Shown piece by piece: positions 62,950 through 64,000 of a stretch of 64,000 nt of DNA. Position 1 is the stretch's first letter, and every line of letters begins with the position of its first letter. Under the pieces are notes generated by a model. The model ran no database searches and was not told the origin of the DNA. It saw nothing but the letters and a program-made list of their open reading frames with translations. A program made the translations under genes and the position numbers. Source of the stretch: Octopus sinensis (lineage: Eukaryota); the NCBI RefSeq assembly GCF_006345805.1, contig NC_042997.1:153326001-153390000 (forward strand), given 5' to 3'.

Positions 62950-63270
62950 TACTGTGGGTCAGTTTGTGTAAATATACATATAGTTCTTGAGGACAGAGGA
63001 GACAGCTTACAGGATAATGGGGGAGAAGAATGATAGACCTGAAGGATATATGAAAAGTAGGATATGACTAGAAGGAAAGACAGAGGGGAGACTGGAAGTA
63101 GCTGAAAAGAGGTAGATAAAATGAATGGGTAAAAAGTGGAAGAAACAAAGAAAAACAATATGGCTACTGAAGAGATGAGAGTAAACAAAAGCTGATGACA
63201 GATATCGAAAACTCCAATATTTTGGCCATGTCATCTGGGCTCAGAATCTCATTCCTAGTATCCTCGTGGT
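62950..63270 (+). mobile_element. Decayed RTE-type fragment
   Basis: cgaaaactccaatattttggccatgtcatc = RKLQYFGHVI. Confidence 0.6.
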
Positions 63271-64000
63271 TGGGTGGACGGAAAATGGGCCTGCAGGCAG
63301 CAAAGACGGAAGTATAGTGTTGACGTCAAGGACTAGTTAGAGAGGGCACAGCTGTAGCGTGAAAACAGTGTAACAGTGTACATGACGAGAAGTAGAGGTT
63401 GTATATGAGGCCATCGATCCTTAACCATTAAAATGGGAATACTCATTTATTCGTTCATGCATAAACACAGGCACACACATGCACACAGACGTATTTATAA
63501 ATACGACACGCCCGCGTATACATACATGTATACTATAAGAAAGCTGCTTATTAATCAGAGTATTTAACTTTTACTAACAGATAGCAATTATTACAATTTA
63601 CATTGTCTAGAAGATTTCTTTAAAATTCCAGTTTCAATATATTTTTATCAAAATATGGTTTTGAAGTTTCACTCACAAAATAAACTTTAATTAACAACAA
63701 CATAGGCGGCAGTGTTTAACTCTTACGTCTGTACCCCTTTTCTTCAACTTAGTTTACTTGCTAAATTGTATTTCGCTTTTTCTCTTCATCTCTTTCTCTC
63801 TCTCTCCTTCTCTCTCACTTTGTTTACCACCTCCACTCCTATTAGTATTTCTTTACATTTTTATAATTTTTCCTTTCTCTTATAGTCATCATTTTTACCG
63901 TTTTTCTCACTCACATTCGTCTCTCACACACATTCCGTTTGTATCCCGTCGCCTGTTATTTGATTTAACACTTTTTATCTTTACCCATCACTCTCTAATC

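Noticed and set aside
3159-63270. Orientation bias (Tx1/L1 relics all minus, RTE fragments all plus)
   Set aside because: Only about three independent copies per class, which is not distinguishable from chance.

Overview
Eukaryotic, very AT-rich, repeat-dominated window with one 100-N scaffold gap (17319-17418). The microsatellite load and the SINE/LINE families look most like an octopus (coleoid cephalopod) genome; this is inference from my recollection of those families, not a database result. I cannot identify an intact host gene. Almost all listed ORFs are microsatellite translations or broken retroelement frames. Supported content: one near full-length but frameshifted CR1-group LINE (LINE-A, ~3.16-8.2 kb, minus); three 3' copies of a second CR1-group LINE (LINE-B); a Tx1/L1-clade 3' half plus older L1/Tx1 relics; RTE, Helitron, Penelope-like and Tc1/mariner fragments; two complete ~968-bp TIR elements with 8-bp TSDs and internal TTAGGG-like tracts; about 25 tRNA-derived SINE copies in four families; several hairpins next to (AT)n; an apparently identical 1118-bp tandem duplication; and a few weak minus-strand exon candidates. 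The best leads are: (1) LINE-A ORF1 with a Myb/SANT trihelix-like domain plus a CCCH finger, downstream of a 14-unit modular repeat array; (2) covarying 3' stem-loops that pair SINE families with LINE families; (3) SINE dimers with a fixed junction, suggesting sequence-specific self-insertion. SINE (S1-S4) and LINE (A, B) names are working labels, and repeat boundaries are approximate unless a TSD or splice site is cited.
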